64,000 nucleotides of DNA from Antedon mediterranea (Eukaryota; Animalia; Echinodermata), in NCBI RefSeq assembly GCF_964355755.1, contig NC_092675.1, positions 18,882,912 to 18,946,911 of the forward strand, written 5' to 3'. Positions 51,501 to 63,800 of the stretch are shown here, one piece after another. The position numbers were made by a program, and so were the translations under genes. How positions within the stretch are numbered: position 1 is the stretch's first letter; each line of letters starts with the position of its first letter. A model generated the notes under the pieces. That model had not been told where the DNA came from and made no database searches. It saw nothing but the letters and a program-made list of their open reading frames with translations.

Positions 51501-54500
51501 TAAATTATGTAATACAATTCTTTAATCAACCAATGTTAATATAAAAGCCAATCTAATCTTGTGATTTGATTGGACAATTTTTGGAATTGTTTATATATTA
51601 TAATTTTACTATTTCAGTAAGAAATAATAAATCTTTTCATTAACTGCATGTAAGTAATTAATAAATATAATGGTAAATTTCATAATCAAGAAATTTGAAC
51701 AGAATTAAAAACAATTTTCTAGGATGAGGTCATCAAATTTTAAGAACACACAACAAATGAAATGAATAAATGTAAGAGGATATGATAACAATATTATTAC
51801 GGTACTCAGTAATATTTTTCCATTAGATAAATACCGTAACATTATTAATTATACAAAATCATAAATGTCTATATATTTTTATGTGACTGTCATTTTAGTG
51901 TTCAGTTGAATTAGGTCAATGCTTGCAGTTCCTTCAGTTAAAGTTGACTTTCTTTCAGCTCCGCAAAAATAAGAATATTTTAATAATGAACAGCTTGGAA
52001 TATCAGTTTAATTAAGTTATTTTTTAATATTGTTTTTTGATGTTATCTTGTCTTATATGTATTTTCTTGTTTTTCCAATTTTACTGCGTCCAACTTAATG
52101 ATATATTGTACTAGGCCCAACCACTCACTTTTTCAGTTAATACGGATTGGACCCCATTGGAAATAAGTTTACTTTTATTTGTCGACTTAATGGGTTATCC
52201 TGGTATTCTTTTTGTACATTGTATATTTTAACTTTTGTGTATGAATATCGAATAAAATCAATCAATTAATCAACATAGACTACATACAAACAACAATATA
52301 TGATTTAAAAATGTGTAATGAACTTACCCTCTCATACCAAGCCCATGCACCAGCTCCAATCAAGGCGATTCCAAGAAGCTGAAAAAAAAACCAAAAACAT
52401 AAATTATTATTCATGCACTACATTGACGAATTCGTGCTACAGAAGCCATCTTGCAGAGATGAAAAACAGTCATGACCAGCCGAGTGTAAAAAACAAAAAT
52501 AACATAGCGTTTTCAGGGCAGCCCATAATGGGGATTAATTTAAAAAACGCACCTCCTGAACGAGGGTTGTATGAGAAAAAAAGTACTGTAAAATGTTCTT
52601 AAAAGATTGGCCTACATATATTTGAGTGAAAAAAATTTTTTTCATTGCCTAAAATTCATCGAAAAACACCACAGTGTATAAGCATAGACACACTGTCCAC
52701 ATTTTTCAACACTGTGAAAAATGTGTTTCTAATTTTGTTTATTTGTAATTACTTACTTTACTGAATTTGTGAATTTAACAATTTAAAACCTAACTATGGA
52801 ATATCTGCAACGCCCTTCCAAAATTTAAAATATTGATATTTTTTTTTGCAGTCTGGATTTTGTGGGAAATTTAAAAGGTTGATATTTTAAAAATTACAAA
52901 CCGCAAACCACATTAAAATTTTGTATCTATATATAAATTATGGTTTATTCTGACATAGGCGAGCACAATGCAAAAACTTCGGTACAAATCTCCGCCTTGG
53001 ATACCTACCTTATCTATCTCAGATGTACCGCGAAACGTAGATTTGATAACATTAGTTTTCACATCGACGCTATTGTTCCATATTTCTTTCTTAGGAAGAT
53101 ATTATAAAGGGTTTTATAATCCGGGTTCACGGTAAGGTGTGTCAATTACCTTGCAAGTTCCCTGCATCGTTGGTTTCCACCAGGGAGTTGTTACAACTCC
53201 CTGTTTCAACTAACTTGGCCGTTGGTGCTTGGTGGCGATAGCAATTTTGGTTTTTTGTTTATTTTCGGACGCGGACCGGGCGTGTGAAGGTATAGTATAG
53301 TACATAAAGATCAAATTAAATATATTCATAAAACAGGAGTAAATTGTGATACTTCTGCCCATGTTGCAAGCCGTCTAAAGCGTCTTCCTTCTTAGGCCAA
53401 AACGGCTCACTGTGTCGCTGAATAATGTATTAAGTATACAAATTAGGATGGTATTTATTTGAATAAACGCCCGGAACACCTCCCCAATAAAACATCCATT
53501 AAAATAATTATCGCCACTCCGCACCCCCATCCCCCCCCCCATCCTCCATCCAAATCCCATCTAATAAACGCCCATCCACATTTATACACACAACAATGTA
53601 TTATATTTATATCACAAATATAATTTTATACTATTTTTAGTAGATTTCATCAAACTGTTATCTACAATTTGTTATTCTTATTTACCACTTTTCATATCTA
53701 CAATAAACACTATACGTAAAACCCTATTAATCATCTAAGACACTGTGAAACAGGTTAGTGGGTAGGTTTACTTTTTTACGAATATCAAAAGCATTTAAAT
53801 AATGGTAACCGACCGAAATTGTCCAGGCCAGAATGTCCTTCTAAACCTTTTTACCCGAGTCATTATCATTCCGAGAACCATCATCTACACTTCCTAGAGG
53901 AGGAGCGAGCGAAGCGAGCTCACCCTCTAGTAATCTATAAATTATTATTATTATTAATATTATTATTATTATTATGATATACACATGGCCGGCAGGTTTT
54001 AACAGTTTGGATATTTTGGATAAAATTTGTATTTTTAAATACAGATTTTACAACAAAAAAAAAGGCCAAAAAAATAGATGAATAAAGGAAATAAAATAGA
54101 TATTCAACTAAAAAAATTGTTTATCAATTTAAATTCTGTGTTATAATTAATTACAATTGATGTTTGCAGACATTTTCTATTGTCTACAATGAGTGTACAT
54201 TGTCAAATGTCAACCCTGTTAATATTATGTCAATATATACTTCAACTCTAGTTACTAAGGAAATCAATAAATTTCTATGGATACCTTAATGCTATAAATT
54301 ATATAAATAGAAAATTAATCAATGAGATATTGATCCATGTAAGCCTTTTTCCAGTCGACGTAACGTTACAGCAAGTTTGCGTTGAATTTTAAATCGTTAA
54401 AGTTGAAAATAAATAACAATAATAATGATGATTGAGTTAATATTTACACTTTTTTAAGTGATCATTCATGGTTTCTTGGTTCTCTCAAGCGTTGCTGGGC

Positions 54501-56395
54501 CTATGTGAACAGTTATGGTTTTTGATTACATGTTTTTGCTAATGTACTGTAGACTTACACTAAAGACAAACATTTAATTAAATTGTTTTTATATTATAAT
54601 TTAGTTTGAGTTTACTTACACTTGTTGATATTTTGAAAGGTTTCGATCCAAGTTGGCCCTAAACCGTCTCGGCCAAAGTCAAGTCGGCCCCAAGTCAAGT
54701 CGGCCTCAAGTCAACTCGGCCGCAAGTCAACTCGGCCTCAAGTCAACTCGGCCTCACGTCAACTCGGCCAAAAAATAATCGGTCAACTCGGCCCATTAAA
54801 GTATGGAACGCAAAAAGTGCAAATAAAGGGGATTGATAAAATAATATTTCTTCACAATTTTTTAACTATGAATAATTCTGACTTTTAATGAATAATTGAA
54901 TATTATTATTTAGACAATAATATATTTAGCAACAAAAATAGGAATGATTTCACCAATTTTCCTTTATTTACGTTTAATAACATTTCGTAGCTGAGCCTCC
55001 CTGTAGTGCGTTTGCCAGCTTTTTCGATATCTACAACTGCTACGTGTTTTCGCTGACCGGGGGATTCCCCTTTTTTTAAAACGCAAATCATGCACAAAAA
55101 CGATGTACGATCATTTTTTCTATGGCCAAATGGTGGAACGTAGGCCTCCGTCTTCGATTTCCTAAAATACGGTACCTGCACGTGTTTTTTGTAACACGCG
55201 GGTACTTCTATTCATATCGGCAATGAGTTCATTTTTTTATATGATATTATATTTTTTATTTCTTCATTTTTTTAAAAACGTGGATAGTAAGAATCGTAAT
55301 AATATTAAGCACTTTTTGCGTTCCATACTTTATTGTGGCCGAGTTGACCGATTAGTTTTTGGCCGAGTTGACGTGAGGCCGAGTTGACTTGAGGCCGAGT
55401 TGACTTGAGGCCGAGTTGACTTGAGGCCGAGTTGACTTGGGGCCGACTTGACGTGGGGCCGACTTGACTTTGGCCGAGACGGTTTGGGGCCGACTTGACC
55501 TGCACCCTTTTGAAATATCAGACCTTTATAGTAGTGTACGTACAAAAAGGTGAAAAAAGAAGAATTGTCAGTGCTTTTACAAGTTATGAGTGACGACATA
55601 ATTTGTGAATTGGATTATGATTGGACAGTTTTAACAGTCAACTTCAACAATTGTCATTTTAATCATTTTTAACATTGATTTTTATCCCCTTTTATTTATT
55701 GTAAAATCATTGAATCCGGTTAATTCAATCATAGAGATATTATAGTTCACTATTTAAATATCTCTATGATTGAATGCAACGTTTACAGGAAAACAGGCTT
55801 TAGGCTTGTATAGTTCAATCATTTTTATAAACAATTCAGCTATTTCTTTCAGAGATTTTCCTCCTACTGTAAACTGTTCTTCAAACCCTCAAATTTGAAA
55901 GGATTCTATTTGAAAATGTGTAATATTACAGTAATAACAGTAATGAACTCACCTTCTTCAGAGGCTAGATTTATTTGCTAGTTTATTTAGCCTACTAGGC
56001 CTCTAGGCCTAGTTTTATGCATACCACGACCCTTAACATATTATTAATTAGCTAGGCCTAGGCCTGACTCTAGGATTAGCCTTGGTAGAGGCAAATTAAT
56101 AAATGTATAGCTATCTAGGCCTAGGCTAGGCCAAGTTGATAGCATTTCTTAATCAGACATAACCGGGATGAATGTTGATGATTCACCCCCTACTTACACA
56201 CCACCTACTCGGACACATCTCTCATTCAATCTCACTTACCCAAAACAATACATTGGCGAAGAACAATAAATATTTTACAAATAAGCTGACTTCAGATGAG
56301 GAATGTCTAGATGAACGACTTCTTCTGACATGTTTATCCGACTCCTGTAATGTGTGTGATCGGGAGCTATAAGATTTCGGAGCTTTTTGCCCCAT
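42560..56395 (-). CDS. Tetraspanin, TspanC8 subgroup (TSPAN5/17/33-like), 289 aa
   Basis: Exons 56395-56240, 52378-52328, 50620-50477, 49892-49818, 48834-48739, 45974-45858, 43851-43807, 43182-43066 and 42628-42560, all introns GT-AG phase 0. Motifs: EVSLFVKYLLF, GCIGALREN, NYRDNVDLQDLID, CCG, YFNC, CGVPFSCC, NTQCGY and EGC, giving 8 Cys in the large loop. Confidence 0.95.
44196..45786. repeat. 32-33 bp AT-rich minisatellite, about 1.6 kb, tetraspanin intron
   Basis: Unit GACTACTGTATTGGTAAA(A)CAATATTATTTATA, with +ACTGT and CCATATCA variants. Confidence 0.95.
46178..48538. repeat. Compound GC-richer minisatellite (42/60-63 bp units) with higher-order structure, tetraspanin intron
   Basis: Shared core TTTTACACCAGGGCCAAGCACC(C/T)TACCCT; 42-bp units, then 63-bp units; 187-bp super-period visible in the ORF starts 47893/48080/48267. 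Confidence 0.95.
49046..49167. mobile_element. Degenerate family-A MITE
   Basis: Partial left TIR, conserved interior, right end AGTTTGATAGTGTTAACAGAG. Confidence 0.7.
50110..50392 (-). mobile_element. tRNA-derived SINE with Meta-like core domain
   Basis: Minus strand starts TGGCTGAGCTGTTAAG (A-box-like) and contains AAGGACTATAAAACCGTAG...TGCACTTTAAAGAACC...AAGAGTAGGGG, resembling the MetaSINE core as recalled; ends approximate. Confidence 0.55.
53895..53930 (+). mobile_element. Helitron-like 3' terminus
   Basis: GC-rich hairpin GAGCGAGCGAAGCGAGCTC followed a few bases later by CTAG|T; 5' end not located. Confidence 0.45.
54639..55507. mobile_element. Foldback/MULE-like element with long modular TIRs
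   Basis: About 180-200 bp inverted arms built from 16-bp AAGTCAACTCGGCCTC subrepeats and ending in TAAAGTATGGAACGCAAAAAGTGC; TTTTGAAA flanks both ends (54631-38, 55508-15). Confidence 0.85.
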
Positions 56396-58099
56396 ATCTT
56401 ATCAAAAAAGAAAGGTTTTCGAGTGTTATATTAAAGACTTTTTTGTGGAAGGATTGTATTTTATGATTTCTGCGACTGTAATGAAAAGGCTAGTATCATC
56501 TGTATCCGGCCGACAAAAAGAGGGCGACATACAACTCAGCAATTTTGGAACCAACCAATTTAATAATTATAATTATAAATGGAAGAATAGACCAATGTTC
56601 TTGGTACACCTGTTATGTACTTGATCTTTCTATAAATATTGAAGTTGCATTCGATAGATTTTGTAAAGGTTTTACCAAACGGGCATGTAAAAACAGAAGG
56701 GAAATCAACAATGAAAATGATTAGTTCTTTGCTTTTTAAATCCTGTAATATTTTAATATTTTTTTTTATTTCAAGTTTCCTTGTACAGTACTGTAAAGTA
56801 CTATGGATGCACCTTCATTCAAGAAGTGTGCCACTGATTCAAAAGTATTACTTTTGTTAATGATATTTTTTTATATCTTCTACATAATTTAGTTTAAGTT
56901 TCCTTGTACTGTAAATAGGCCTATTGTGAAATCATTTTTTTTCTAACATTTTACTTAATCTGGACGTACCTTCATTATTCAAGAAGTGTGCCACTGTTTC
57001 AAAAGTGTAGCTTCCAAATACATTATTATATTAATTATTATTATTATTAATATCCGTCGTGCCTCCTCTCTGCAGCAGTAGTGTGTCTGTACAAAGAGCC
57101 GCTTAAGCTTAAACCTCAACTCTCTTTAGCAACAACTGCAGCTGTTGTGGAGACGGCGGCCGGGCGGACACCGTTACACATACCACGATGAGTCCGATAT
57201 TGTCACTACACACAGTACCGCTTTACTGTACTTTTATTTCCAAAACAAACATACTCATCATATTTATAAAATGTCAAAAAAAGAAAAAGCTAGATCTCTG
57301 TTGTCGAGTTCTCCAACCAAACGTCAAATAAATTTAAATGAAAATTCATTCATTCATTTCGTTTTATTTCACAATGCATCACTGTACTGATTTCTAATCA
57401 GTAGGTTAATTTGTATAGCGCCATCGTGCGGGTCCTTTTGGACAGATATGAGAACGTGATAATTAATTGTTTGTTTAGAGGACATAATAATCAACAAAGT
57501 TGTTATGTTGAATTTGAGCTACGATACCGGAACCGGTAATGCTTTGTTATAGATGTTTTTAGCTTTAGTTATGATACATTTAATATTCGTGACTCCTTCT
57601 TGCTTAGGCAGATTGGCATTATTTAGATGGCGAGGTCGTTTAGACTCGCCGCCTAGAGCATGGAGGGTTGGAGTGGCATGGCGGCCGGAGCAGGTTGTCA
57701 TGGGTGTCGCTGTTCTGTGGAGCCCACCTTTATGCCCTCAGTTTGTTTGTTTACATTGTTTATTTAAATTGTTATTTACTGATTATTATCATTACGTTTA
57801 CTGATAGCAGAATGATTGTAGGGATCAGGTGCCGTTTTCGGCCACCTCGACTTATATGGACTATACCATTATTATGATAGGGGTGTGGTGTATTATGTTT
57901 TATGTAGAGAAGGGTTTCTATTGAATGGGAAGACAATACAATTGTTCTGTTATGTAACCTACAGTACAAACTACAAGGAACAATACAGAACATCAAAAAC
58001 TAGCATGTTAAAAAGGCATGTTATTATTAGGTAGGCCTACTGTGTTAGGGAATCCCAAGATTTTGTAACAATATTACTATATTAACTAAAGATATTTTA

Positions 58100-58982
58100 T
58101 ATAAAACAAATTTTATAGACAAATTTAATGAAGAACCATCTACTAACTGGATAAAGCCATTTAGGAAAAATAATAAACAAGTTGATCATAACGAGTGGTT
58201 TTTAAAGGCCCAAAGCAAAACGAAATTCCATGCAAAACAACGTTAACGGAATATACTATGTATAAAGGAACCAAACCTTGAACAATATTTGTTAGATAAA
58301 ACTAATTTTAAGAGTATCAATTTAAAATTTATAGCAAGATCAAACTCTCTAGATCTTGAGGGTCGTAGAAAATCCTGGTCAAATCATGACACAGGATTAT
58401 GTAAGATGTGTAGTACAAACGAAAAAGAAACAGTAAACCATTTTTTATTTAAATGTCCTTCATTAAACTCTGTTAGACAATAATTAAGTATGTACCGGGA
58501 TAATTTTAATTGTGGACCTCAGTTAAAACACCACTTTATGCTAGACAATTTATTCACTGAAAATGAAACATTAGGAAAAATCTTTGATTTTTATTGTAAA
58601 ACATATTTAATGAAAGCATGGGTTACTAGATCTACAATTTTATCCGCATTACCTCTCTCAACTAATTGATTAATATAGTAAACAAGCTACAGACATCTCT
58701 ATGAGGATGTATCTGTAAGTTTTATTTATTAGGCCTATCCTGCATTTTTGTTGTTCTGTTTTTATTTTTGTAGTTATATATATTGTACAATTTACATATT
58801 ATGTATTTTCATACAGATCTAATTAATTACTTTACATTTTGTTTTGATGTTATGTATTAGTATTTAGAACTTTGTGGCTTATGTTATTTGTAATTTTGTC
58901 TGTAAATTGGATGCACCATTAACTGATAAATGTGTGACACCGATATAAAGGTGATTCCTATGAATAAATAAATAAATAAAAA
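58100..58982 (+). mobile_element. 5'-truncated LINE 3' end (ORF2 C-terminal zinc knuckle)
   Basis: LEQYLL..KFIARSNSLDLEGRR..CKMC....ETVNHFLFKC (CCHC), stops on both sides, AT-rich 3' UTR ending in (AATA)n at 58963-58982; clade uncertain. Confidence 0.75.
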
Positions 58983-59439
58983 CTATATAAGTAGGTATAC
59001 TTACTTATTATATATAAAAACTAAACTAAACACTACAGTATAATCAAAATTAAAGCATATTAAATACTAGGCCTATGTTATTCCTATCTAGATTTAAACA
59101 CTTTAAATTTTTGTACAATCGGATTCGAAATTAGAAAATCTTAAATACTACAATATAATCGGAATTAAAACATCCTAAATACTACATTACAATCGGTTAA
59201 ATTACCTAAACTCTATAATGTTGTGAAATATGTACGAATGTTGGCAAATGCATTCTAATCGGCCCAATCCTATCGGTAGATAAATCATATTTTTTATTTT
59301 CTTGAACTAAACATAAATAAAACGAAAAAAATAAGGATTGATTTTCGAAAACATAATTGGTCTGACAGTATACATTAATTAAAGTAAAGGAAGTAGAGAT
59401 TGTTAACAATTATTGATAAGTATCTGGCAGTAGTGTTTG

Positions 59440-60115
59440 ACTAAAGCTAAATGGGTGGACATGTTGATCGTAGTTAAGAGGTTAAATAATAGGCTGTACT
59501 GCTTGAGGAAACTCGGTTCTTTGGGGTAAAGCAGGATATTTGTACTATAGAATGTTTATGTTTTACTAATCAGTGATGTTCTATTTGGGCATATTGTATA
59601 TTGGGCTAGGAATATCAGTAAGGGAATGTAAGGGGGATAAAGACCGAATTGAGAAGGTGCTGGGTAGAGCGTGGAAAGTAATTGGTTTGTCTAGTATGCA
59701 AATGCTTGACTCGTTCTACAGCGAACAGCTTGCCGATGTATTCCATGCTATATTGGAAGACACCAATCATCCTCTTCATGGCGACATTATCAGCTCCGTT
59801 TTACATTCGCTATTATAACGTTTTGATGCAAACGTTGTTCAATTAAAACATGTATTTCTACACAGAAACGTTTAAAAACGTGTTTAAAACATTTTAGAAA
59901 GACCAAACCTAAAAACATGCAATGTCAAACGCTGTGTTTTCTGGGAACAAAATGGTACAGATTCACTGACAAAATTATAATGTTTATTGTTTTACTGATT
60001 ACCTAATAATCAGTATGTGATAAATGTACTACTGTCATCTTTATTAAATGTACTACTGTGTTATCGTTAGGTAAATTATATTTTTTATTTGTAACTGGAA
60101 TAAAAACTTTCTTTA
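59440..60115 (+). mobile_element. Decayed Rex1/Babar-like LINE fragment
   Basis: Frameshifted RLYCLRKLGS..GVKQDI / DKDRIEKVLGRAWKVIG / ILEDTNHPLH, typical of the post-RT region of Rex-Babar/L2-group elements; boundaries approximate. Confidence 0.65.
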
Positions 60116-60393
60116 TATAATTTCTGTATCTATAAATCTGTAAAAATTATATAGAAATAAAGAGCTATAATATACTGCATTAACTTGAAAACTGAAATTA
60201 ATTCTACAGCATGCAGGGCGTAGTTGTTTTCCCTTTGTTGCTGAAACAACAAGAAAAACAAAAGAACAAAAGGAGCAGTATTTTAACACATTAACACACT
60301 CAATTAATAAATGGGACACCCCTATTTTCCCATCTTTTTATAATGGTATAGTCCATACAAGTCGAGGTGGCCGAAAACGGCACCTGATCCGAT

Positions 60394-60807
60394 TGTAGAA
60401 GTTATGACGTGAACTTTAAGATTACTTTATAGTTATTTAGTCTATTTAAGATATGCAGATTTGCATCATGTATCACACAGTTAGCTGCACGTCATGGTGT
60501 GTTGTGCACATCTGAGCGGTCGTTCCGCTTGACGAAGCATAGATTACGTCATGTATGGTTGAGATACGTCATTGTTCTCTTCCTAAGATTTAATGTTGTA
60601 TTTACCTCAGTTTGAGGTTGTATTTGCTGATTGCTATTACTTGTTTGTTTTCAGTAATTTACGGCTAGAGGCTAGAGGCTAGAGGCTAGAGATTAGAGGC
60701 TAGAGATTAGAGGTTAGAGATATATGAAGAAATAAAGGCTGTAATACAGCATAAATGAGCCAGTAAATTCGTCGGTAGCGTTTCATTCTTAAGTACGTGT
60801 ACTTACA
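60394..60807 (+). mobile_element. Putative 5' LTR of the BEL/Pao element
   Basis: TGTA...TACA ends, AATAAA at 60731, internal (GGCTAGA)n run 60663-60720, 44 bp upstream of the gag ATG; the second LTR is outside the window, so the ends are inferred. Confidence 0.6.
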
Positions 60808-60851
60808 GTAAATTACGGAGGTATTTCAACCAATCCTGAAAGTAAAGCAAG

Positions 60852-63800
60852 ATGCCCGCTAGCACATCTGATCAAAAGGACAAGCTGAAACACTCCAGAA
60901 GAGTAAAAAGGGGAGCATTCACTAGAGCCTTAAATGTATTAAAAGCAGCGACAGCTGAAGAAAATGAGAAGGAAGTAGTAGAGAATGCTCTTGAAAGACT
61001 GCTAAATGCGTCTAATGGAGTAGAACAAGTTCATGATGCACTCGTTGCAATACTTGACACTGAACCTGAATTAAAAGAAGCAGAAACGTATATTGAAATT
61101 GTGTTATTAGAGTTCACACAAGGTCTGCAAATAGGGAAAAAATATTTAGCAGATATCAAGGCAAGGGAGACATCAGTGGTGGATACTACTACCAGCAACA
61201 GGGAGGATGATGACCGAAACGTAAGCAGCAATGCAATTGCGAAATTCCTAATGAAGAAAGATTTGATCAGCAATGGTTTGATTAAATTTGATGACAGTCC
61301 ATTAAATTACAGATCATGGATGGGTACGTTTAAGGCAATTGTCAAAGAGCTATCCTTGAGTGCACGAGAAGAGTGTGATTTGATGATTAAATGGCTAGGT
61401 CCTGAATCGAGGAAAATAGTAATGAGGTTAAGGGCGGTTCATCTAGACAACCCTGAAAATGGCCTAAAGGACATGTGGAAACGCTTAAATGAAGAGTATG
61501 GTGCCCCAGAGTTGATTGAGAGTGTTCTATTAAAGAAATTAGAGACCTTCCCGAGGATCAAAGATGACCATCAGCTGAAGGAAATGTCAGACCTGTTAAG
61601 GGAAATTGAAGTAGCGAAATCAGATAAAAGACTACCAGGATTGGCCTGCTTTGATACCGCAAGGGGTGTCAATATGGTGACAGAAAAACTATCATACCAA
61701 CTACAAGACCGGTGGCGTACAACCGGAGCAAGGTATAAAGCCGATAAAGATGTGTCGTTCCCGCCATTCAATGTTTTTGTAGAGTTTGTTGCAAAAGAGG
61801 CCAAGGTACGTAACGACCCGTCATTTCAGATTACATCTGCATCAAAAAGCCGTGATAGCCATAAGGGAAATAAATCTGGTGATTCCGCAAGAGCTTATAG
61901 TACTCAGTCCAAGCAGAAAAGGTGTTTTTGTTGTGACGGAAATCACACAGTGGAAGGATGTGATAAATTTAAGGGTTTAGAATTGAAACAGCGAGAAGAG
62001 CTAATAAGAAGGAAAGGATTATGTAGAGGTTGCTTGAAAAAAGGGCACGTATGGAGAGAATGTAAGTGCCGAAGGATTTGTGATATATGTAAAGGCGAGC
62101 ATCCTACTATCATGCATAGATATTCAAACAGTACTGCTGAACCACCTGTAGTATCTTCGAACAGTGCAGCTGAACCACCTGTAGTATCTTCAAACAGCGC
62201 AGATAAACCACCTGTAGTATCTTCAAACAATTTGTGCAGCAATACATGTGACAATGAACAGTGTTGCTCTTCAATAGTGCCTGTGTGGATTGAATATGAG
62301 AAACAGGAAAGCATAACATACGCCCTCCTTGATGAGCAGTCAGACTCCTGTTTTATCTCAGCAAAACTTGCACAAGAATTAAAAACCAAGGGTGTCCGCA
62401 TACAACTGGAAATATCAACAGTACTTACAAAGGGATGTGTTACTTCGGAGAAGATAAATGGTTTGAAGGTGAGAGGACTTAAAGAAGGGAAAACTATAAG
62501 TTTACCAGCAGCCTATACTCGGGATTCCATACCTGTATCAAGACACCAGATTCCTACTCCAAACTCAGTGAATGGTTGGCAACATCTACAGAAAATAAAA
62601 AGTGACTTAAGTCCACTTCTTAATATTGAAGTTGGTCTAATAATAGGCCACAATTGTTCTAGTGCACTGATGCCAAGGGAAGTGGTACGAGGTAATCATG
62701 ACGAAGATCCGTATGCAATTAAGACCTTATTAGGATGGGGTGTGGTAGGTGTCGTTAAGGCACGGAAGGGAGAACCCACCAACAATGTAAAGCAATTCTC
62801 CTTCAAAACAACTACTAAAGAAGTAATAAAGGTGCTGGAAAGAGATTTCTTGGATGATCGTATAAATGGAAAAATGATATCAGTCGAGGACACGAAATTC
62901 TTGAACGCTATGCAAAAAGGATGCAGAACAGAAAATGGATATATCCAACTGCCAGTACCATTTAAATTGGAAATTCCGAAGTTGCCTAACAACAAAGTAG
63001 CTGTTGGTAAGAGGTTAATTCAGCTGAGACACAAAATGATAAAACAGCCATCATTCGCTGCAAAATATAAAGAGTTTATGACTAGTATCATAGACAAAAG
63101 TCAGGCAGAAAAGGTACCTACAGAAGAACTTGAGTATGAAAAAGAGTATGGGACTGATGCTGCTGAATTCGTCCGCAGAGGATTCTACGTGGATGATGCC
63201 TTAAAGGCTGTTCCAACGATCGATGCTGCTATCAGTTTGATAAAGAGAACTGTGGATATGCTTAGCAGAGGCGGCTTTAGGTTGCACAAATTTCTCTCTA
63301 ATTCTCCAGAGGTATTGAAGTCCTTACCCGCCACGTCAATTGCTTCCAAAGTAAACCAGTTGGACTTGAGTGATCTTCCTACAGAGCGGACGTTGGGTAT
63401 ATTGTGGAATGCAGCGGAAGATACCTTTACATTTGAAGCCAATTTGAGAAATAAGCCATCAACTAGAAGAAGTATTCTGTCTACGGTGAGTGCTATATTT
63501 GACCCTCTTGGGTTTGTTGGTCCTTACGTTCTGTTGGGTAAACGCATATTGCCGGAGATTTGTGCTGGTGGTGCTGAATGGGATCATCCAGTTGGTGAAG
63601 AAACCCTTAGATCATGGGAAGAATGGAAAAAGCAATTGGTGTACTTGAAAGACGTCAGTATTGAAAGATGTTATAAGCCAATAAGCAATAGAAATTCAGA
63701 AATTGTATCCACCGAGCTACACCATTTTAGTGATGCGAGCGAGAAAGGATACGGTCAGTGTTCATACTTACGACTTGTTGATAAAGAAGGTAAAGTGAAG

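Larger units (their letters stand above)
57822..60390. mobile_element. Non-autonomous TIR transposon (GG termini, 8-bp TSD; Merlin- or MULE-like), 2.57 kb
   Basis: 51-bp TIR GGATCAGGTGCCGTTTTCGGCCACCTCGACTT(A/G)TATGGACTATACCATTAT with 1 mismatch; TSD GATTGTAG at 57814-21 and 60391-98. Confidence 0.9.

Noticed and set aside
55305-55599. Ser/Arg/Gln-rich ORFs
   Set aside because: Translations of the 16-bp subrepeats in the foldback element arm.
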